DNA from: the human T2T-CHM13v2.0 reference genome, Homo sapiens | Reading direction: 5' to 3' (one strand) | Assembly (NCBI RefSeq): GCF_009914755.1 | Contig: NC_060927.1 | DNA: 64,000 nt | In this document: positions 23,711 through 38,861 of the stretch, piece after piece | Layout: every line of letters starts with the position of its first letter | Position numbering within the stretch: position 1 is the stretch's first letter | Translations under genes and position numbers: made by a program | The notes under the pieces: model-generated | The model's input: the letters and a program-made list of their open reading frames with translations, nothing else | What the model was told of the DNA's origin: nothing | Databases searched by the model: none

Positions 23711-26149
23711 CAATAACTTTAATATTCTCTGATTCAAAATGTAAGCAAACAGAGGAAGGTGATTGGCAACTTAGTTAATTGGCAGGGTTATTGGTAAAGA
23801 GTGAACACTGGGCATTATCCTTAAAGGTTATGACATTTGGATAACCATCTTGCATCTTGGTCCAGTAGGCCAGCTACAGTAATTGCTGTGGGTTATGCTG
23901 AGTCTAGGACTGGATTCCAATTAAGCTGTGATTTTTCACCAGTGCTAACTGTGGAAGGGCAGATCCATACAGAGCATTCCTCAGCTAGGTAGTTTGAATT
24001 ATTCCTAGACAGATGCCTCCCATTGAAGAGCACCTGGCATTTTTACTAAGAGGAGATCTAGCCATTCTAGCAACTCTGATTCACTCTCCTTTTGTTCATC
24101 ATCTATATTTCTCCATGGCTATCCTTCCAAAGAGAAGCTATTGCTATAGTACACCTAACCAGAACAACTTTACCTCAAGGACACAGCTTTATTATCTGCT
24201 GAGGACCCTGATCTAATACTGTCAGGGTAGAGCCTGGTGTTCTGGGGAAAATTTCAGGTTATTAAAGCCAGTCCTAATGGTTGGCTTAGATATGGCCTCT
24301 GTCTTGATTTCCCTGCATAGAACTTCTATCTTTTATTAATTTGGTGCCAGTTGTATATTTTAAAGGGAGAGCTGTGGGTCTTGATTTAAACCTGTATATA
24401 CATACAAGTACCTTGTTTTGTTAAACTACATTGTCTTGCTCTTGTCAGTTTTATCCTTAGAGGTCTGGACGTGCCCCATCTCTGTACTTGATTCTGCTGA
24501 GAATACAGAGGTTGACAGTACCATCATGGCACACTACTCTGTGTGCACTGACCTAGGGCCTGGCACGCCTCATATAGATACCTCCTATCCCCTTTGTGCC
24601 TGCATTTGTCTCAACCACAGGCCACAGTAGCTAACATTCTCAGCTTTTGACCCACTAATTTTTGGCTTTTGCCCATCCCCATTGACTCCCATGTAGACCC
24701 TATGTTCACCAGAAGGATCCTCATGTCTGCAGACTACATTAAGAGGGAGGATATGCCTCTGTGAATCCAACTGATAGATATCTCCTGTGTGCCAGGGAAT
24801 GGCAGGGCCATGGCTCTCTCAAAGCCATGCTCATAAAAAGCCTCCTCTGCATCGACTTCCAGTCCCATTTGATTCTCAAGCAAGGAGTTCCATCCGAGAA
24901 GGAAGCTGTCACCTGTCACTCTTTTATGAATTCTTAAGGACAGTGGAAGAGTTGAAAGGTTGGCAATCACAATGACAATAGGCTATTACAAGCAGGTGAA
25001 GAGCCTTCTTCTTTTGCTCCTTACCCCCAACTGCTGTTCAAATAATCAAAAAAGGGTCCTCATTGAAACTGATTTAATTCTCAAGAGGAATGAAAGACAT
25101 TTAAAGGGCAAGCCAACTTCATAAATGACATTAAAAGGTTTTAAAATAGTGTTTTGCTTCTAAAGGGTGTTTGTAAATGTCAGAGGTAACATATTGATTA
25201 CAGTCCTGGCAGTTCTTGCTCAGGGCTTCTTAGCTGTCTTTGGCTTAACTCATGCTGTTGACTTATGCTCATGGTATGAAATATCTCAGCCATCTTACTT
25301 TGTTTGCTTAAACTTTTCCAACCTACCAGACTTTATCCACATGTGAATAAAAGGTACCATCAAATTAGTGGTGTTTATAATTTTTGTGCTTTTTAATGTC
25401 TCGTGAATTATATAAAGTTACGAAAATGGCTATAGGAATTGGCCTACAAACTCTTGAGATGTCCTATAAGTTCCTACAAGATATTGAAAGTTGGTTGCTT
25501 TGAGGATATAATTCTGAATGTTGAAGCAAATTAAAAAGCCAACTTGGAAGGGGATACATAATCCTCTTTAAGTCAAGATGAGGGGTATAACCTCCCCCAT
25601 ATATTCTGGGCCCAGTCGTCTGTGTTGAAAAGAACTCTGATAGTTTATTTGCTGATACTATTAATGGGAGCCAAAAACATTGTGGAGAAAGGTGATATTG
25701 TCATCGTGAATCTCTCTGAACTCCTGTTCCCAATTTGTAGCCAGTAAGAGAGCATGATTGCTCTGACTACAGGATTATACTAAGTCTCTAAGGAAATGAG
25801 AATAGTGCACATGTGTACTCTGATTTATAGTTTGCAAAGGCCATTCAATAATTGGTAAAGCCGAAACCAATGAATTTCCTTCTGATTTTCAGCACCATTC
25901 AGAATCTGGACATATAATATGTTTATGGCATTTAACCTAGTCAGACAGTAGATATTGCTCTAAGTCATGGCCTACACCTGTGAGCCTACTTATATCAGCA
26001 TTTGCCAAATGTACTTGTAGCTGTGGTACTGACCTCAGAGAACTTAGCCAAAGAGCAAAGACTGCCTAATTCAAGAAGTACTGGTAAGTAATAGATATAT
26101 TTTGGTTTACTGTTCTAAGAATTTTATACAATGTGAGGTGGGATAGGAT

Positions 26150-27030
26150 AGACACTTCTTATTTTTATTATAAAAGTGATAACATTCCCATGATAAACTA
26201 TAACAGTAATAAAATGTGTAATGTAAAAATTAAAATCCTATCCCTGATCACCCTCTCATTCTCTATCGGTAATCACTGTTAACAGGTTTTTTTTTTATAT
26301 ATATTCTCCAGAACCTGTATATTTTGCTAGGAGTAAACACCCATTCATACCCTTCTGCTTCTTTCTCCTCCCTTCTTCCCTTCCTCACTCCCTTCCTTCC
26401 TATTTTTTTTCATCTATATCATATAGGACATTTTCTTCTATCTGTACATGTATTAGACCATTCTTGCATTGCTATAAATAAATACCTGAGACTGGATAAT
26501 TTATAATAAAAGTTTACTTGGCTATGGTTCTGCAGGCTGTACAGGAAGCATAATGCCAGCATCTGTTTCTGGTGAGGCCTCAGGAAGCTTTTACTTATGG
26601 TGGAAGGTGAAGGAGGAACAGGTGTCTCACAGGGCAAGAGGAGCAAGAGGGAGCAGGTGGGGATTGGTGCCACACACTTGTAAACATCCACATTTTGTGA
26701 GAACTCACTATCTCAAAAACAGCACCAAGCCATGAGGAATCCCTTCCTATGACCCAAACACCTCCCATCAGGCCCCACCTCTAAGATTGAGGATTATATT
26801 TCAACATGAGATTTGAGCACGGACAAATATACAAACTATATCAGTACATATAAATGTACTTCCTATTTTAATGACATTACATGGATGTGACATAATTCTT
26901 CAATCATATCCTTGTCAAGGTACATTTAGATTTTTTAAAGTTCTCTTTTGTTTCTTTGTTACTAAAAACAGTTCTGTAAATACCCTTAAACACAAAATTT
27001 ATATGATTTTGCAATTTGGGTAAAAGCCTT
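26150..27030 (-). mobile_element. L1ME-like 3' fragments, interrupted by MST LTR
   Basis: ggtaatcactgttaacag..ttctccaga, atggatgtgacataatt, acatttagattttt. Confidence 0.5.
26449..26843 (-). mobile_element. MaLR solo LTR, MSTA/MSTB, with 5 bp TSD
   Basis: tgtattag..cattgctataaa..ggtgaggcctcaggaagctt..caaactatatca; TSD gtaca 26444-26448 and 26844-26848. Confidence 0.92.
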
Positions 27031-27112
27031 ACTTTCTTTTGCCCTAATTTTTTATTAAGACATTTCCAAACCTACAGTAAAGTTGAAAAAAAGCATCAAG
27101 AATGCTCAGATT

Positions 27113-28481
27113 ACCAAAACAGATATATAGACCAATGGAAAAGAACAGAGCCCTCAGAAATAATACTACACATCTACAACCATCCGATCTTTGACAAACC
27201 TGACAAAAACAAGAAATGGGGAAAGGAGTCCCTATTTAATAAACGGTGCTGGGAAAACTGGCTAGCCATATGTAGAAAGCTGAAACTGGATCCCTTCCTT
27301 ACACCTTGTACAAAAATTAATTCAAGATGGATTAAAGACTTACATGTTAGACCTAAAACCATAAAAAACCCTAGAAGAAAACCTAGGCAATACCATTCAG
27401 GACATAGGCATGGGCAAGGACTTCATGTCTAAAACACCAAAAGCAATGGCAACAAAAGACAAAATTGACAAATGGGATCTAATTAAACTAAAGAGCTTCT
27501 GCACAGCAAAACAAACTACCATCAGGGTGAACAGGCAACCTACAGAATGGGAGAAAATTTTTGCAATCTACTCATCTGACACAGGGCTAAGATCCAGAAT
27601 CTACAAAGAACTCAGACAAATTTACAAGAAAAAAACAAACAACCCCATCAAAAAGTGGGCGAAGGATATGAACAGACACTTCTCAAAAGAAGACATTTAT
27701 GCAGCCAAAAGACACATGAAAAAATGCTCATCATCACTGGCCATCAGAGAAATGGAAATCAAAACCACAATGAGATACCATCTCACACCAGTTAGAATGG
27801 CAATCATTAAAAAGTCAGGAAACAACAGGTGCTGGAGAGGATGTGGAGAAATAGGAACACTTTTACACTGTTGGTGGGACTGTAAACTAGTTCAACCATT
27901 GTGGAAGACAGTGTGGCAATTCCTCAGGGATCTAGAACTAGAAATACCATTTGACCCAGCCATCCTATTACTGGGTATATACCCAAAGGATTATAAATCA
28001 TGCTGCTATAAAGACACATGCACACATATGTATATTTTGGCACTATTCACAATAGCAAAGACTTGGAACCAACCCAAATGTCCATCAATGATAGACTGGA
28101 TTAAGAAAATGTGGTACATATACATCATGGAATACTATGCAGCCATAAAAAAGGATGAGTTCATGTCCTTTGTAGGGACATGGATGAAGCTGGAAACCAT
28201 CATTCTCAGCAAACTATGGCAAGGACAAAAAACCAAACACCACATGTTCTCACCCATAGGTGGGAATTGAACAATGAGAACACTTGGACACAAGAAGGAG
28301 AACATCACACACCGGGGTCTGTTGAGGGGTAGGGGAACGGGGGAGGGATAGCATTAGGAGATATACCTAATGTAAATGATGAGTTAATGGGTGCAGTGCA
28401 CCAATGTGGCACATGTATACATATGTAACAAACCTGCACGTTGTGCACATGTACCCTAGAAATTAAAGTATAATAAAAAAA
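27113..28481 (+). mobile_element. 5'-truncated L1PA (PA4-6-like), 1.37 kb, 12 bp TSD
   Basis: Near-consensus ORF2 3' part and 3' UTR; TSD aatgctcagatt 27101-27112 and 28482-28493. Confidence 0.95.
27410..28270 (+). pseudogene. L1 ORF2p C-terminal remnant (286 aa, with Cys-rich domain); EN/RT missing, frameshift near 27365
   Basis: ORF track [40 protein letters not shown]. Confidence 0.92.
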
Positions 28482-29646
28482 AATGCTCAGATTTCCTTTA
28501 CCTAGAGTCACTAATGGTGATTCATCCTTTACCACTTTTACTTGCACTCTCTCCTCTTTCTCTGCATATATATTGATATTTTTATATATTGCAGAATCAT
28601 TTGAATGTAAATTGAAGATATAATGACATATCATTCCTAAATAATTCAGCATGTATCACCTAGTAACTAGGCCACTTTCCTACATAGCTATAATACCATT
28701 GGCACATGCAGGAAATAAAATTCACCCAATAATGTTATCTAGTATACTCAAGCTTTCTCATATTTTTTCAAAAACATTTTTATAGATGTTATAACTGTTG
28801 TGAATATCAGATCCAGGCAAATGCCATTCACTGCATTTTGTTGTTAAGTCTTTAATTCTATCTCCTTCAATCTAGCACAGTTATCTTGGCATTTCATGTT
28901 GTTGCTGTTGTGACATTGACTTGTTTGAAATATTTGGGTCATTATTTTACAGAGTACCCCACATCTGGACTTGTCTTTTTGTCCCCTCATGATTAGATTC
29001 AGGTTAAAGATTTGTTGCAAAAAAATATTGCACAGATAATGTTGTGTACTTCCCATTGCATCCCATCAGAAAGCAATGAGATTTCAGTTTGTTGGATAAT
29101 GGGTGATGCTCAGACAATCACTTAGTTAAGGTTGTCTCTCTCCAGATCTCTCCATAGGAGTTTCTAATTATGCATTATATTAACATGTTTATTTTTAATA
29201 AGTAATGTATGGTTACTTTGAAGTTGTATGACTGTTCTATTCCCCAACATTTACCCAGCTTTTTGTTCTTCTATTGATGAACACTGCATGAATTAATGAT
29301 CAGATTCCAATATTAAAATGGTGATTTTGTAATTCTACCATTTTTTCATTGGGTACCACTCATAGATTTCCCTCCCCTATCCCAGTATATTGTAATCCAT
29401 CACTGTGCTCAAAGTGTACTAATTTTGCTGGTGGAGGCACTGTCTTTTGTCTGTATCCTATGCTCTGATACTTTTTTCTTGCTTTCTAGAGAAGATGTTC
29501 CAGGATTACTTCATGCTGTCCAGGTCCTAGACATGGAATCGTTTGCTTCTTCAAAAGTCTGGATCCCTTTAAGATACGAAATGTATTTAGAAACCAAAGT
29601 ATGGATGCTAGGTGTGCTCATGGCCATTGGAGTGTGTTTCTAGACC

Positions 29647-29907
29647 CAGGAATAAGCAAACAATGGCCTGTAAACTATATCCTGTCTGTGGCCTGTTTTT
29701 GTACATCCTAAGAACTAAAAATTATTTTAAAAATTGTAAATGGGAAAAAGTCAACAACAACAAACAAATCAACAAATAACCCCACAAATAAACAGTTTCT
29801 TAAAGACCAGAATGACCAAGAAATCTATGAAACAGAGACCGTATACTGCCCAGAAAGCCTAAAGTATTTACTGTGTATCCCTTTATAGAAAAACTTTATC
29901 AATCTTG
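29647..29907 (+). mobile_element. MER58-like hAT-Charlie element
   Basis: cagg..gcaaac.atggcctg, gcctgtttttgta, acagagaccgtat..aagcctaaagtatttact..ccctttatagaaaaa. Confidence 0.75.
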
Positions 29908-29968
29908 GTTCTATTTTTAGTATACAGAGCTAGGAAAAATTATTTCATAAATAATACTGAGTTTATAA

Positions 29969-30546
29969 AGAACTTAAAGGAGAACTACCATTTGATCCAG
30001 CAATACTATTACAGTGTACACATCCAAAAGAAATCATTCTACCAAAAAGACACCTGTGCTTGTATGTTCATCATAGCACTATTCCCAATAGCAAAGACGT
30101 AGTATCAATGTAGGTGTCCATCAACAGTGGATTGGATAAAGAAAATGTGGTATATCTATATAATGGAATACTACACAGCCATAAGAAAGAGCAAAATTAG
30201 GTCCTTTGAAGCAACATGGATGTAGCTGGAGGCCATTATCCTAAGTGAATTAAGGCAGGAACAGAAAACCAAATACTGCATGTTCTCAGTTATAAGTGGA
30301 AGCTAAACACTGGGTACACATGGACATAAAAATGGGAACAGTAAATACTGGTGACTCTAAAAATGGGGAGGAAGGGAGGAGAGCAAGGATTGAAAAACTA
30401 TCTGTTCGGTACTATGCTCACTATCTGGGTGATGGACAGGATCATTTGTATCCCAAATGTCAGCGTTCATGCAATATACCCAGGTAACAAACCTGTACAC
30501 ATACCCCCTAAATTTAAAATAAAAGTTAAAAATATATTTTAAAAAA
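29969..30546 (+). mobile_element. 5'-truncated L1PA16/17-like 3' end
   Basis: gaactaccatttgatccagcaat..gcaacatggatg.agctggaggccattatcctaagtgaa..ttgaaaaactatct..aacaaacctg. Confidence 0.88.
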
Positions 30547-30677
30547 CCTGTTACACATAAGTTTGCATAAATTGTGGCCACTTTAAAAAATATTGAGTTT
30601 ATAATACCTCAACTTCAATTCTAACATCACAACTTTTTCCTATCCTTCTCACATTCTGTATTATTAATTTCCTTCTC

Positions 30678-30845
30678 CCAATTATCAGCAGAATTTCAAC
30701 AACAGCAATATATTTTCTCTTTCCTATAATGTGTTCCAGTTTCAGAAATACAACATCAATACCAACTATTAGCAGAATTTCAACAACAGCAATATATTTT
30801 CTCTTTCCTATAATGCGTTCCAGTTTCAGAAATACATCAATACCA
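30678..30845. repeat. Tandem duplication, units of 84 and 81 bp
   Basis: cca..agcagaatttcaacaacagcaatatattttctctttcctataatg.gttccagtttcagaaatac..atcaata present twice. Confidence 0.95.
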
Positions 30846-32673
30846 TCACTAACAACGAATCTACTAATTCAAGTTCAAGATTTATTTACTTATTTGTTGT
30901 TCTTATATGCCATTAAGACTGTACAGTCAGGTTACTATGTTTAAAAGTAGGTCAATTAATCTCTGTGCCTTTTTCTATCAGTGTAGTATGCATTAGGTTA
31001 ATTAGTTTCTTTTTGTATTCAATTTTTGGGTATTCCTTTTTCATACTTTTAAATTAATTTATATTTGAATATTATAAAATATTTATATGATTCAAACATT
31101 GAAATAATGTATCAAGCTAAACTTAGACTAATCTTATCCATCCCCAGAAATATTCTTTCTACCCTATTATCCACCCCTACATATAACTGTTTTAATTAGA
31201 TTTAGCCTTCTGTGTTTACTTTTGTAAAAATGATAAATGAGTATATATACACACACATATAGAAACATATATACAAACATATTGACAATATATATTTCTA
31301 TATTTTAAATCAGTGTACAAATTAATATATAATTAATATATAATCTGCTATGTATTTTTGTATATACATTTATTTTTATGTCATCTTTCTTATACAAGAT
31401 GTAACATATTATATGTACCCCTTTATACCTTGACCTTTTCACTTAAAAATATACTTATGGATAGAAATTAATAAAAAAATCTTTTTCATTTTTCATGGCT
31501 GCAAAGTACTCCACTGTTTGGATGTATCATGATTTATCCAACCATTCTACTAAAGACAGGGTTGGATTTTTGTTTGTTTCTAATATTTCACTGTTACTGT
31601 GAATAATCTTGCATATATCATTTTTTATGGTGGAGGTGAGACTTCAACGTAAAATTTTCAGGATTGAGAAAACTGTCTCAAAGGGTCAATGCATGTGTAA
31701 TCTTAGCAGACATTTCCAATTGTTCCTCCATGGGGGTCGTTCCATTTTTTTTTTTACTACCACCAGCCATGTATGAATATTCCTGTTTCTCCACAGCCTC
31801 ACCAACTGAGTGAATTGTGCTTGTTAATCACTTGACTTTTTGCCAAGTTAATAGGTGAGAAGTGATTTCCCAACTTAGTTTTGGTTTGTATTCCTTTTTA
31901 TTATAAGTTGAACAACTTTTTGTATGTTAAAGGACAGTTTATATTAATACTTCTTTTTTATATAATGACTACTTCTGTTTTTTACTTACCTTCCCACCAG
32001 ATTTTAGGTAAATGACCTTATTCTTCATTAATTACATCTATATGAGAAGTCATGATTTGAGTCTGGCTCCATGCACTAAAATAAATATATGTTGTAATTA
32101 CTCTTGGTCACTATGGCTCAGATGAAAAACAGTTTCCCTGCAACAAACAAATGCTTACTTCAGCGATAGAGTTTTGGGCCTGAGCTGATGTGCTAGGACT
32201 CATATAAATCAAGAATAATGCAATTGACAGTGATTGTAGACTGGGTGAATGGTTGCTGAGTTAAGATGTTATGAAAATCCACATTGAGAAAATGAGAATG
32301 ATCTCATGACACAAGGAAAGTGGGAGAGTAGATATTAGCTGCAGGATCAAAGACTCAACTCAGACCCTCGTAGAATAGGTTCAAAACTGCCAGGTCCCAT
32401 GAGGTTTGGCAGCTGCCCATTCCTGTGAGAGACGCCTAACAACCAGAGACAAATGGCTGCTACTGATTCTAGAAAGGCCTTCATTTTACTTCACAATGCC
32501 TGGAAAAATACATTTATCAAAGGACTCAAATCCAGGCAATAATAATGCCTATAAATCATAACAAAAAAGAAAAATACATTAGAAAAGTGGGAAAAAGTCT
32601 TAAACAGAAACTTCACAAGTAAGAGTATCAGTGTTTAATAAATAAACATAAACATGTTCAATCTCTTTAGTAA

Positions 32674-33159
32674 TGCCAAAGAAAAATTGCATCTAATGGA
32701 GTCAAACAGGCAAGAAGACTTTATTCAAGACTATTGCAATAGGGGAGAGAGATGAAATTCAACTCCTCTGAAACTAAAGGCTGGACAGTTTTCAAGCACT
32801 GGGGTGAGCTAGTGGAAAAGTGCTGGAAGACATTAGTGGGGAGCGAGGTCCATATGATTAGGTCATCTGTATTTGCTAATTGGCACTTAGGGGAGTTAGG
32901 ATTCTACCCTCCCACAGAAACTATAGGAGATAGAGGCTCCATCTTTCTTGATGATTGCATTTCAAAGGGATGGCTCCCAGGTCCTTGAGAAAGACATTTC
33001 TGGGTTTTAAAACTGGCAAAAGACAGGAAGAAAATGTAATTCTTAAAGAAGGAGAACTGTTCTGGGGCCTAAAGAAAAAGTGGTTCTGGGACCTAAAACC
33101 AGGAAGAAACTTGTCTAAAGTTTAATCAAGTTGAAGGGAATGTTAGTTCATCTTGATCA
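32674..33159 (-). mobile_element. ERV1 solo LTR, MER31-like (copy A)
   Basis: Reverse strand reads tgatcaagatg..cttgattaaactttagacaag..caaggacctgggagccatccctttgaaatg..caatttttctttggca. Confidence 0.85.
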
Positions 33160-34782
33160 TTTTCAAATTATTCAGTAATCTTTAGCTTATTATTATTTTA
33201 CTCTAATGCTACTAATGAAGTTCTGAAGTTGGTGGTAGAAATCTAAATGAAATAATACATGCCAAAGTGCCCAACACAGTATGTTGTCTACATAGCATGT
33301 GTGTTAAATAAGTGAACGAATGGTTGGATAAGAATTGGGTTCCTGGTGAATTTGTACCTACAACTTAATAGCAGGATGTGAGTTTGGATGAGTAAAGTAT
33401 CATAAATGAGTGTGTTGGTTAATCTCCCAAGTGTTACCAAATGTGAAATTATATCCTCCATATAAAGTGTAATTGGAGTATAAAACTGAAGGAAGGTCAT
33501 GATTTAGTTGTAACTGCCACTTCAGGTCTCAAGAATGCAGCTTCACTCACATTATAAATACTAATTGGAGTAACGAAAAGCACACACACAAGACATATTT
33601 AAGAATTGACATCTTATCTATTGAAGGATAACAAAAGACATTCCCACCTTCTTGCTTTCAACAATTACTCTACCACTGCTGAGGTGTAGTTAGGGTCATG
33701 GCCGAGATTGTGAAAATATAATATTACTTTAAAACTGACATTAATCTGGAAAAGAGGTGGTTTTATCCCCCTATTAAGAAAATCATTGCTCAAAATATTA
33801 TTTTTCTTACTACACATCATGTAACAAGGTTAAATATGTGTATTTGAACCCATAACTGTCTGACTCCAGGCTAATATTCTTTCTTTGTAGATAGAAAAAA
33901 AATCTTCAGTTCTGTTTTGCTGGGGGCATTTGCAAGGAAAATTAGGAAGTACTCAATGTCCCCTGTAATGTTATAGCTTAAAATAAAGTGGGAAAATTCA
34001 ATAACCGCCAACTCCAGCAAGTTATTTGCTCTAATTTTAGATTGCCTACAATAAAACAACAACAGTAACAAAAGTGACTGCTGTCATCACCTTCACTGTT
34101 GGAGTGATAGTTCTACATTTGTAAAACAAGGAAATGTGATGATTATTCAAGGACTGTGCTTTTTTATACACAAATGGCCTGCCTGCCTGTCTGTGATAAA
34201 AATGAGCTGACAGCCTTTGGCTGTTTTCACATAACATTTGGGTCCAGAATGTCCCTAGTTAACAACAGGCCTCCCTACTTTTAGTTTACGTGCATTTTTT
34301 TTTTTCCAGTGTAGGAGTAGGAATTCCTTAAGACTCACCAACTTCTACCAATCATTTGGAGCTCTCTTAAACTTCTCTAGCTTCATTTTTGTGCTATCAC
34401 ATATATACAGAAAAGTGCACAATTCATAAGGGTAAATTTTCACAAATTGTAAACACATTTAGTGATTTTTTTTAAAAAGCCAGATCAAGAATAGAATATT
34501 AGAAGAACATAATGGCCTCTCTTAGGCCCATTTTGGTCATGACCCTTCATCCTTATTAAAGTGTGTTTATTATACCATACATTAGTTTTGACTCTTTATT
34601 AACTTCACATAAATGGAATCATAGCATATACTCTCTTGTGTCTTGCTTTATTTCCTTCAATATTATGTTTAGGTAATTCACTTATTTACATTACTGTATT
34701 ATATTTTCTTACAGAAATCCACAATTTAGCTACCATTCAACTATTGATAAATATATAAGTTGTTTCAAGTTTTTGGCTATTA

Positions 34783-35778
<996 letters not shown>

Positions 35779-36058
35779 CATACATATATTTACTTAGTAT
35801 ACACCTAAAATATATTTAAAAATACACAGCTGAGTCATAGTATATAGGGATGTTCAGTTTTAGTAGATACTTCCAAATACTTTCCCAAAATGCTTTTGTT
35901 GTTTCATACTTTGATCAACAGTTTTGAAGCATTTCAGTTGCTTCATATTCTCACTGACACTTGATGTTTCCAGCCCTTTATTAAAATAAATTTTAATCTT
36001 TCTAATGAAGTAGTAATAAAACATCACTGTAGTTTTAATTTTTCATTTCCTTAATGAC

Positions 36059-36530
36059 TGACCAAGATAGCTTTTTCATTCCCCTGAGCTGACTTAAACT
36101 TTTGACAGATTTCTTCCTGGTCTTAGGCCCCAGAACTGCTTTTTCTTGGAACATTTTTCTCCCTCTTTAAGATGTACAACTTCTTCCTGTCTCTTACCAG
36201 TCTTAAAACCTAGAAATGTCTTCCTCAAGGATCTGGGAGCCATATCTTTAAAATGTAATCATTAAGAACAGTGAGGAACAATGAGGCCTCTATCTCCCAA
36301 TTTCTGAGGGAAGGTAAAGTGCTAATTAGCAAACACAGATGACCTAATCACATGGACTCCTCTCCCCACTAATGTCCTCCAGCACTTTTCCCCTAGCTCA
36401 CCTCAGTGCTTGAAAAGTGTGCAGCCTTTAGTTTCAGAGGAGTTGAGTTTCATCTCTCACCCATCTTGCAAGTCTTGAATAGAGTCTTCCTTTCCTGTGT
36501 GACTCCATTAGGTGCAATTTTTCTTTGATA
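36059..36530 (+). mobile_element. ERV1 solo LTR, MER31-like (copy B)
   Basis: tgaccaagatagc..gacttaaacttttgacag..caaggatctgggagcc..caatttttctttgata; degenerate TSD tgac/ttac. Confidence 0.85.
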
Positions 36531-38861
36531 TTACTCAACAGATTGAACGTGTTTATGCTTATTTATTGAATAATTGGATACTCTTTTATTTGTGAAGTTC
36601 CTGTTTGAGACTTTTTCCCATTTTTCTACTGTATTTTTAAATTTTTAAAAATTATTTGTAGGTGTTATGACTACCTGAATTTGTATCCTTGTTTGATATG
36701 AGTATTTCTCTCACTAAATTACAAAGTCACATTTTTACATAAATCGTGACCATATGTATACATGATCTGGTTCTGAACTCCTCTATTCTGTATAGCTTGT
36801 TTTCTTGCCATATACCAAAGCCATTCTATTCTTAATTCTTGGAACTTTATAAGATATTATATCTGTTAGTGTAATTGTTCTAAATTTGTTCCTTCACCCC
36901 AAATGGTCTTGGCTGTTCTTGGCCTTTTGCTTTTCCATATACATTTTAGAATCAGCATGTAAACTTATGCAAACACACATTAGCTGAGGTTTTAATTGAG
37001 ATTACATTGAATCTACAGGTCAATTTGGGAGACATATTTTTAAATATTTCACCTTCCATTTCATAAATATGGCATGACCCTCCATTATTTTTAAGGTTTT
37101 GACTTTGCCATAAAAGTTTTTAGTTGTCTACAGAGAGATGTTACATGCCTTTTTATAGATTGAGTCCTAGGTATTTGGCATTTCTGATAGTATAGATAAT
37201 AGTATTTTATTATTTTCATTCTCTAGTTGTCTATTGCTAGTATATATAAATATACACTTTGCAAACATTGACCTGTGTACATGCATGTATGTATTTTTAA
37301 ATTTATATACATGTAAACATTTTCCTCTCTATATAACCATGCTGTATTAAAATAATGGTGATTTCATTTCTTTCTTTTGCAATCTCTCTGTCTTGCACAC
37401 ACACACACTTTTTGCTTTATAGTATTGACCTGAACCTCTAGAACAATACTGAATGGCATTCCTTCTTGATCAGAAGGAATCTTTAAATATTTAACCATTA
37501 AACATGTTTTAGTTTTTAAATTTTATTTGTTTTTGTATATATTCTTTATTATATTAAAGAATTTTATTCTCTTGAATTGCTAATCTGTTAAGATGTTCTA
37601 ATGAGGACTACTTGAAAATCTGCTTTTTTGATTTTTTTTTTCCTTGATAAGGGCTTGTCTCTTTTCAGTTTGCTTTCACTTTTGTGGTACAATATATTAA
37701 AGACTCTGACTCAATTCTTTCATGTTAGTTCATATTTTGAGACCATTGAAAGCTGTACATGGTGTCTTAGCCATTTAGCTGCAACTCCCTTCTGGGCTGC
37801 TTAGATTCTTGTCTTATCATCAGGTAGAAATCACAAAAGGGGAATTTCTAGAGGAAACACTGAAAAGAATTTTAGGCTCGTAGCAATGTAGTTCCCACCT
37901 CTGGGATCTTGACTCGTCCATTTTTAACTGCCTTTGTTACTTTTAGATCCCTTCAGTAGACTTTTTAAAATGCAGTTTTTCAATTTTCTGAAGGTTTAGT
38001 GCTAGAAGCAAATTCTACCATTTTATTTAATTGAGAATTATATATGCTTCTACTGTAAATTCACCTCTGTGTTAGATACAGTGAATATTTAAAGACTAAG
38101 GAATTTTCCCCTTCCCAAGAAAGTTGTTATGCAGTAGGGGTATAAGAAACACAATAAAATGCATTACGTGCAAAATAGCATTGCAATCAGAGATTACAGG
38201 ATTGAGTCACCCTGCTGGGAACACTTGTTAGGACACATGATTTTTACAACTATACTTCTTTGCAGGCTGAAAAACAATGGTTGCCTAGCTCAATTGATGT
38301 CATAGGTTAGCAACACGAACACCCTGAATTTGAATCCCAAATCTCACAAAATATTCTGTGTTCATGAACAAGCCAGTCAAGTAGAATTATATACTATGAA
38401 GGGTTGTAAGAAACTTAACAGATTATACTATTCAGTTCTTTCACTGAAGTTTCACACAGGCTAAAGTCACATAGCCAGTAGGATAGAAGCAGGAACAAGA
38501 ATCTGAGGCTTAGCCTTCTTATGTTGTGTTTTCAAAATATTTTAGGTATGTAGTGACAATGTGTAAACATCAAAGGGAAAATCACATTTACATGTGGACT
38601 GAAGTTTCATGTCTTGGGAAATATTGATTGATTTCGCAATATTGAAGTGCAAATTCAAGCACTTGAAAACTGGTGATAGACTGCAAGAAAAAACAAAAAA
38701 AACCCAAAAAAACAAACAAACACACACACACACACCAAAAACTCAAAGTAAAATGGTTCCTCTAGTTTAATTAGAAACAAACCAAGATAAAACTACTCTT
38801 TCAGATTCCAATATGGTAAGCACTTTGTTCCTAGTCTTCCTATCACTGCACTTTGTCTCGC

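Larger units (their letters stand above)
27040..31960 (-). mobile_element. Old L1MC/L1ME host sequence, fragmented by nested insertions
   Basis: 3' UTR motifs (aaacctacagtaaagttgaa, cattcctaaataattcagcatgtat, cactgcatttt..agtctttaa, gaaaccaaagtatggatgctaggtgtgctca) and reverse ORF2 end at 31430-31940. Confidence 0.65.

Noticed and set aside
25660-25770. Short protein-like minus-strand frame (..WEQEFREIHDDNITFLHNVFGSH*)
   Set aside because: Too short, no recognisable homolog, weak splice context
27016-28270. Longest ORFs (138 and 286 aa) as a host gene
   Set aside because: They are L1 ORF2 sequence in a 5'-truncated, frameshifted copy with TSDs
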